A program made the position numbers and the translations under genes. Under the pieces are notes generated by a model. That model saw nothing but the letters and a program-made list of their open reading frames with translations. It searched no databases and had not been told where the DNA came from. Source: a virus (Duplodnaviria > Caudoviricetes). Taken from it: a DNA stretch of 64,000 bases. Shown piece after piece: positions 58,850 to 64,000 of this stretch (the stretch's first letter is position 1; each line of letters begins with the position of its first letter). The DNA is taken from positions 15,379 through 79,378 of the IMG/VR virus record IMGVR_UViG_3300032218_002590, one strand, 5' to 3'.

Positions 58850-60182
58850 TTATAAACTCTCCAAATTTTTTAATGGGAGTATCCCAAGTTCTTGGTTTCT
58901 TTTGCCGGAACAAATGAACATTGTCTCCATACCACATACACTTTCCAGTAAAACTTGTCCACACATAATATTCCATAATCGGAACAAAAACACAAACTTG
59001 TTTACCTAGTGATGCTGCTACATGAGCTACAAAACTACAAGAAGTCACAACCATATCTAGGTTTTTAATAATAGAAAATGTATCGGCAAACTCTCTTCCT
59101 TGAACCGATAATGATTGTTTAATTTCTGGATATTTATCAGCATCTTTATTATCAGTATAAGTTTGCAATGAATACAATGAATGTCCTTTATCTTCGAGAA
59201 CACTCATATAGTCTTTTAGTTCTAGACTTCTAAAATTATTTTGCTCAAATCCAGAACTAGATGCCCAGAACATTCCAATTTTATAACCAGTATCTTCTCT
59301 CATCCATTCCCACTTCTTATCATACTGGGGAAGTGTTTGTAGATAAGGTTCAGTTCCCAAATTTTTGAGTTCTAAATTAAGATAATAAGGAAGTGCTAGT
59401 CCATAAACCCAACAAGCATCCTTTGGAAACTCTGGCTTATCATAAATGCAAACAGCATCATAACCATTATACTTGAAAAGTTCTACCAGTTCTTTTCTAG
59501 TTGAACTCCAAATAGGTTTCATGCCAAGTTCTTTGAGATGTTTCATAAATCTGATATGAACTACCTCATCACCAGCGCCACATTCATTATCAATGATAAT
59601 GGTTCTTCCTGGTGTGATGGTTCCGTCCCATTTCTCAAAGTTGGGCAGTTTTTTATTTTTATATGCCTCTACTTCCCCTGTTTTAAGAAAATGTTGAAGT
59701 CCTGTATGAATATCATCTTTTCTAAAATAATGTCCTGATAGATTATGAAATGCTTTTCTTTCAATTTCTTCTGGTAGTTTTCTTTGAATAAGATTAAATA
59801 AAAGTTTTTCTGATTTCTCCTTTTGATTAAGAGCAGAGTATGCAAATGTTTCTTCTAATAGAAGTTCAGCATCTAATGGGTTTTGTTTTTTACAATTTTC
59901 AATCTGTGTGATTGATTTCTCTGGATAATTTGACTGATTATAAGCATTAATCAGGTTCTTTGCCGTTGTATATTTTTCTTCTTTTGTCTGTGCTAATTTT
60001 AGTGATTTTTCTCCATACTCAATTGCTTTGGAAAAATTTCTTAGTTCAAAAAAACATTTTGCTATTTCATCATATTGTTGAAATACTTGTGCTCTTTTAC
60101 CAAAGGCATCTAGTAAATCAAATGTTAATTCGTGCTCATTAAAAGAATGTAAGGTTTTTGCAACCAGCTCAAGAGGGTTCAT
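58836..60182 (-). CDS. TPR plus GT-B glycosyltransferase-like protein (GT9-like C-terminus)
   Basis: N-terminal TPRs; ECGAGDEVVHIRF, IGMFWAS, LYSLQ, FADTFSIIKNLDMVVTSCSFVAHVAASLGK. Confidence 0.75.
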   Translation of the reverse strand: MNPLELVAKTLHSFNEHELTFDLLDAFGKRAQVFQQYDEIAKCFFELRNFSKAIEYGEKSLKLAQTKEEKYTTAKNLINAYNQSNYPEKSITQIENCKKQNPLDAELLLEETFAYSALNQKEKSEKLLFNLIQRKLPEEIERKAFHNLSGHYFRKDDIHTGLQHFLKTGEVEAYKNKKLPNFEKWDGTITPGRTIIIDNECGAGDEVVHIRFMKHLKELGMKPIWSSTRKELVELFKYNGYDAVCIYDKPEFPKDACWVYGLALPYYLNLELKNLGTEPYLQTLPQYDKKWEWMREDTGYKIGMFWASSSGFEQNNFRSLELKDYMSVLEDKGHSLYSLQTYTDNKDADKYPEIKQSLSVQGREFADTFSIIKNLDMVVTSCSFVAHVAASLGKQVCVFVPIMEYYVWTSFTGKCMWYGDNVHLFRQKKPRTWDTPIKKFGEFINETL

Positions 60183-60209
60183 TCAGTAATAATAATGTAT
60201 TTTAAGTAT

Positions 60210-61430
60210 TTAGATGCTTAGTAAATTGTCTGATGTTTTGATTGCTGTTGTATGATAACCTCCACTAGCAACTTGTTTCCAGTTGGTTCCTCCTGCAAAT
60301 GTTGTGACTGGTGTGCATATTGAAGTTGTTGTATTATTAATTCCTAATTGTCCATTAGCATTACGTCCCCAAGTCCATAAAGTTCCATCAGTCTTGATTG
60401 TTGCTGTATGATAAAATCCGCCAGAAACTTGTTTCCAATTGGTTCCTCCTCCAAATGTGGTGACTGGAGTACATATTGAAGTTGTTGTATTGTCTCCTAG
60501 TTGTCCATAAAAATTATACCCCCAAGACCACAAAGTTCCATCTTTTTTAATTGCTGCTGTATGATCACCTCCACACTCAACTTGTTTCCAATTAGTTCCT
60601 CCCCCAAATATTGTAACTGGAGTGCAACTAGGGCTTCCTGTATTATTGTTTCCCAATTGTCCAGTATCATTTCTTCCCCAAGACCACAAAGTTCCATCAG
60701 TTTTAATTGCTGCCGTGTGTCTAAAACCACAAGAAATTTGTTTCCAATTAGTTCCTCCGTCAAATGTTGTAACTGGAGTAAGTCTATTGGTTGTTGTATT
60801 GTCTCCTAGTTGTCCATTATTATTATATCCCCAAGTCCACAAGGTTCCGTCATTTTTTATTGCTGCTGTATGATACTCTCCGCACTCAACTTGTTTCCAA
60901 TTAGTTCCTCCGTAAAATTCTTGGACTGGAGTACATATTGGAGTTGTTGTATTATTAATTCCCAGTTGTCCAAAACCATTATAACCCCAAACCCATAAAG
61001 TTCCGTCTGTCTTAATTGCTGCTGTGTGACTATTGCCACAAGCAACTTGTTTCCAATTAGTTCCTCCGTAAAATTCTTGGACTGGAGTGCATCTAATAGT
61101 TGTTGTGTTATTTCCTAGCTGTCCTACATTGTTTTGCCCCCAACACCATAAAGTTCCATCTGTCTTAATTGCTGCCGTATGATTAGTTCCGCAAGAAACT
61201 TGTTTCCAATTTGCTCCGCCAAGAAATGTAGTGACTGGAGTACATATTGGAGTTGTTGTATTATTAATTCCTAGTTGTCCCAGAGCATTAAACCCCCAAA
61301 CCCAAAGTTCTGGTGTAATTAATTGATTAGCAATCTGTGGATACACAGACATTAGATATTCCTTGGTAATAAGTTTATTACCTAAATCAGTACCAAAAGA
61401 ATCTTTAAAATTTGTAATAGGATTAGGCAT
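60210..61430 (-). CDS. RCC1/BLIP-II 7-bladed propeller
   Basis: 7 RCC1 repeats. Confidence 0.92.
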   Translation of the reverse strand: MPNPITNFKDSFGTDLGNKLITKEYLMSVYPQIANQLITPELWVWGFNALGQLGINNTTTPICTPVTTFLGGANWKQVSCGTNHTAAIKTDGTLWCWGQNNVGQLGNNTTTIRCTPVQEFYGGTNWKQVACGNSHTAAIKTDGTLWVWGYNGFGQLGINNTTTPICTPVQEFYGGTNWKQVECGEYHTAAIKNDGTLWTWGYNNNGQLGDNTTTNRLTPVTTFDGGTNWKQISCGFRHTAAIKTDGTLWSWGRNDTGQLGNNNTGSPSCTPVTIFGGGTNWKQVECGGDHTAAIKKDGTLWSWGYNFYGQLGDNTTTSICTPVTTFGGGTNWKQVSGGFYHTATIKTDGTLWTWGRNANGQLGINNTTTSICTPVTTFAGGTNWKQVASGGYHTTAIKTSDNLLSI

Positions 61431-61431
61431 T

Positions 61432-62076
61432 CTAAATTGGTGGTATTTCTTTTGGTGGAACTATCACAACAGCATAAACTGCTTCGCCATCTACACAAGC
61501 ATCAATCTCTGCTAATTTTGCATATTCCCAATCAAATGCTGCCTGAACTACATTGTCAATTGCATTTAAAATAGTTACCAAATCAGCTGAAGAAATTTCT
61601 AACCACGTATTATCATTAAATTTAAAATTATGCATACCACCATCAGAAACTACTTTAGATACTATTGCAAGCCTATTTTCTCTACTAGTTGATACTGTAA
61701 CTTCTTTATTATATAAAGTAAGAGTAACTGTAGTATTTTCTTTATTCCATCTTTCTGGTGCTACTTCTGCCTTGCGCTCCGTTTTAATTTGCTCTAAAGA
61801 TTTATTAGAAATCGTGTAATTAAAAATTACTTCAGTAGCAGAAATTGTGTGGCTTGTTTGTGCTACTGTTTGAAATCTTGAATCGTATGTTGGAATATCA
61901 TTTATTGCTGGAAGAATTTTTATATTTTCTGTAAAAACAATAGGAACATTTTGATAATCCTGTGGAGTTACTCTAAACTCCACTTCAAGTTCTTCTTCCA
62001 AAACAGAATTAATCATTCGAAAATTAAATAAAATTGGTCCTAATAGTAATTCTTGACCATTAATAAGTGCGTACAT
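61432..62076 (-). CDS. DUF4376-like fibre-associated protein
   Basis: VAPERWNKE, STSRENR, NFKFNDNTWL, VQAAFDWE..K..EID. Confidence 0.65.
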   Translation of the reverse strand: MYALINGQELLLGPILFNFRMINSVLEEELEVEFRVTPQDYQNVPIVFTENIKILPAINDIPTYDSRFQTVAQTSHTISATEVIFNYTISNKSLEQIKTERKAEVAPERWNKENTTVTLTLYNKEVTVSTSRENRLAIVSKVVSDGGMHNFKFNDNTWLEISSADLVTILNAIDNVVQAAFDWEYAKLAEIDACVDGEAVYAVVIVPPKEIPPI

Positions 62077-62092
62077 ATAATTTTTTAATTAT

Positions 62093-63286
62093 TTATGAGA
62101 TAAAGTGAGTGGGATCGGTGCCTGATGTAACTGCTGCAGTATGAAATGCACCAGAAACTTGTTTCCAATTGGTTGCTGCTCCATATATTTGAGTTGGTGA
62201 AGATATTGGACTTGTTGTATTATTAAGTCCAAGTTCTCCTGAAGTATTACGTCCCCACCCCCATAAAGTTCCATTAGTTCTAATTGCTACTGTATGATAA
62301 AATCCGCCAGCAACTTGTTTCCAATTTGATCCACCTAAAAATGTTTGAACTGGAGTATTTTTTTGAACTTGTGTATTGTCTCCTAGTTGTCCATCATCAT
62401 TTTTTCCCCAACACCACAAAGTTCCATCAGTTTTAATTGCTGCTGTATGATATTGTCCTCCAGCAACTTGTTTCCAATTAGTTCCTCCGTAAAATTCTTG
62501 AACTGGAGTACATTTTTGATTTGATGAATTATATCCTAATTGTCCATCAGAACTTAATCCCCAAGACCACAATGTTCCGTCACTTTTGATTGCTACTGTG
62601 TGATAAAAACCACAAGCAATTTGTTTCCAGCTAGTTCCTAGTGTAAATTCTTGGATTGGAGTAACTCTTTGGGTTTTTGTATTGTCTCCTAGTTGTCCGT
62701 AAACATTATTTCCCCACGACCATAAAGTTCCGTCAGTTTTAATTGCTGTAGTGTAACCAAATCCACAAACAACTTGTTTCCAATTGGTTCCTCCTAAAAA
62801 TTCTTGAACTGGATAACGTATTGGGCTTGATGTATTATTAAGTCCGAGTTGCCCATAAGCATTCCATCCCCAGCACCACAAAGTTCCATCAGTTTTTATT
62901 GCTGCTGTGTGATTCCATCCGCAAGCAACTTGTTTCCAATTAGTTCCTCCGTAAAATTCTTGGACTGGAGTACATATTGGGCTTGTTGTATTATTAATTC
63001 CTAATTGCCCATAAGAATTACGCCCCCAAGTCCACAAGGTTCCGTCAATTTTAATTGCTGCAGTGTGATATCCACAAGCAACTTGCTTCCAGTTGCTTCC
63101 TCCTCCAAATGTTGTATTTGGAGTACTTCTTAGAGTTGCTGTACCAAAAGAATTAATTCCTAATTGTCCATACCCATTTTGCCCCCAAGTCCATAAAGTA
63201 TCACCAACATACTGATCTATCAACCAATACTCATCTACAAAATAATCTTCTAAATCTCCCTCCGGCGATAAAAACTGGTTAGGCAT
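62093..63286 (-). CDS. RCC1/BLIP-II 7-bladed propeller
   Basis: 7 RCC1 repeats. Confidence 0.92.
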   Translation of the reverse strand: MPNQFLSPEGDLEDYFVDEYWLIDQYVGDTLWTWGQNGYGQLGINSFGTATLRSTPNTTFGGGSNWKQVACGYHTAAIKIDGTLWTWGRNSYGQLGINNTTSPICTPVQEFYGGTNWKQVACGWNHTAAIKTDGTLWCWGWNAYGQLGLNNTSSPIRYPVQEFLGGTNWKQVVCGFGYTTAIKTDGTLWSWGNNVYGQLGDNTKTQRVTPIQEFTLGTSWKQIACGFYHTVAIKSDGTLWSWGLSSDGQLGYNSSNQKCTPVQEFYGGTNWKQVAGGQYHTAAIKTDGTLWCWGKNDDGQLGDNTQVQKNTPVQTFLGGSNWKQVAGGFYHTVAIRTNGTLWGWGRNTSGELGLNNTTSPISSPTQIYGAATNWKQVSGAFHTAAVTSGTDPTHFIS

Positions 63287-64000
63287 TTATCTTTTTCTCC
63301 ATCTCTTTAATGCAAATTTGCTGCTCTTTAATTGCTTCAATAAGAACACCAACAAGGTTTCCATAAGATACTGTTTTCAGTCCTTTATCATTAGTACTTA
63401 CAACTTCAGGAATAATTTTTTCCATTTCTTGTGCAAGAACACCAATAGAACCTGTATTGTGTCCATCTACCCAGTCATATCTAACTCCATTCATTTGCAT
63501 TACTAAATCAAGAGCATTTACAATTGGAGTTATGTTAGTTTTTTGAGTTTCGTCAGATAGCGATGTGAATATTGTTGCTGATAAAGTTCCTGTAGAATCA
63601 TTAAATGTGAGTTTAGTTGATGATACATTAAGATTATTTAATGTTCCAACAGAAGTTTGATTAGTAAATACGGGATAATATGCTGTGCCACCAGGACTAT
63701 TAGCAGTAAGAGCACCACCACCACTAATACCCTGAATACCCTGAGTACCCTGAGTACCTGGAGATCCTAAACCTTGAATACCTTGAGTACCTTGAGATCC
63801 TAGACCTTGAATACCTTGAGTACCTTGAGCACCTTGAGAACCTACAAGACCCTGAATGCCTTGTGCAGCAACATCACCTTTAATACCCTGAGTACCCTGA
63901 GCACCTTGAGAACCTACAAGACCCTGAATACCTTGAGTACCTTGAGTACCCAAAAGACCTTGAGTACCCTGAGCACCTTGAGAACCTACAAGACCCTGAA
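63279..64000 (-). CDS. Collagen-like fibre with C-terminal peptidase S74 chaperone (5' partial)
   Basis: GxQ triplet repeats to the window edge; SDETQKTNI...GVRYDW...GVLAQE...YGNLVGVLIEAIKE. Confidence 0.85.
   Translation of the reverse strand, partial: QGLVGSQGAQGTQGLLGTQGTQGIQGLVGSQGAQGTQGIKGDVAAQGIQGLVGSQGAQGTQGIQGLGSQGTQGIQGLGSPGTQGTQGIQGISGGGALTANSPGGTAYYPVFTNQTSVGTLNNLNVSSTKLTFNDSTGTLSATIFTSLSDETQKTNITPIVNALDLVMQMNGVRYDWVDGHNTGSIGVLAQEMEKIIPEVVSTNDKGLKTVSYGNLVGVLIEAIKEQQICIKEMEKKINA
63722..64000 (-). repeat. Collagen (G-X-Q) coding repeats
   Basis: Recurrent units such as ccctgagtaccttgag and gagaacctacaagaccctgaat. Confidence 0.9.

Noticed and set aside
56907-63286. Regularly spaced repeats as a CRISPR array or complete DGR
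   Set aside because: Repeats have a period of about 153-159 nt, are in frame and protein-coding; no cas, RT, avd or non-coding template in the window
50773-64000. Prolyl-hydroxylase-like oxygenase acting on the collagen fibre
   Set aside because: The visible collagen stretch is G-x-Q with only one Pro, so there is little substrate; the part beyond the window is unseen

Overview
A 64-kb segment of a T4-like myovirus genome. Gene content and order match cyanomyoviruses (Kyanoviridae-like); the cyanobacterial host is inferred from mazG, hsp20, cobS, a DUF3110-like gene and synteny, and no photosynthesis gene is in the window. Positions 1-35.6 kb (minus strand) hold the intact core: neck, terminase, tail and head genes (gp13-gp23, gp3), uvsY, uvsW, gp55, gp47/46, a VWA-peptidase/MoxR (cobS) pair, clamp and loaders, regA, hsp20, gp43, uvsX, gp41 and partial mazG. 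Positions 35.7-52.3 kb (plus strand) hold repeat-rich fibre/virion genes, including a 2080-aa fibre with an S74 chaperone. Positions 52.3-64 kb (minus strand) are an AT-rich island with three 7-bladed RCC1 propeller paralogues interleaved with a TPR-glycosyltransferase, sulfotransferase, TPR-methyltransferase, GH-like propeller, Cys-cluster protein and DUF6165, mostly behind T4-type late promoter motifs. Best leads: a possible late-expressed virion or surface modification system, blade shuffling among the RCC1 genes, a nested self-insertion in the tail sheath gene, and several dual-use regulatory elements. No RT, CRISPR array, tRNA, intron or intein was recognised. All calls are from motif recognition by eye; no searches were run.
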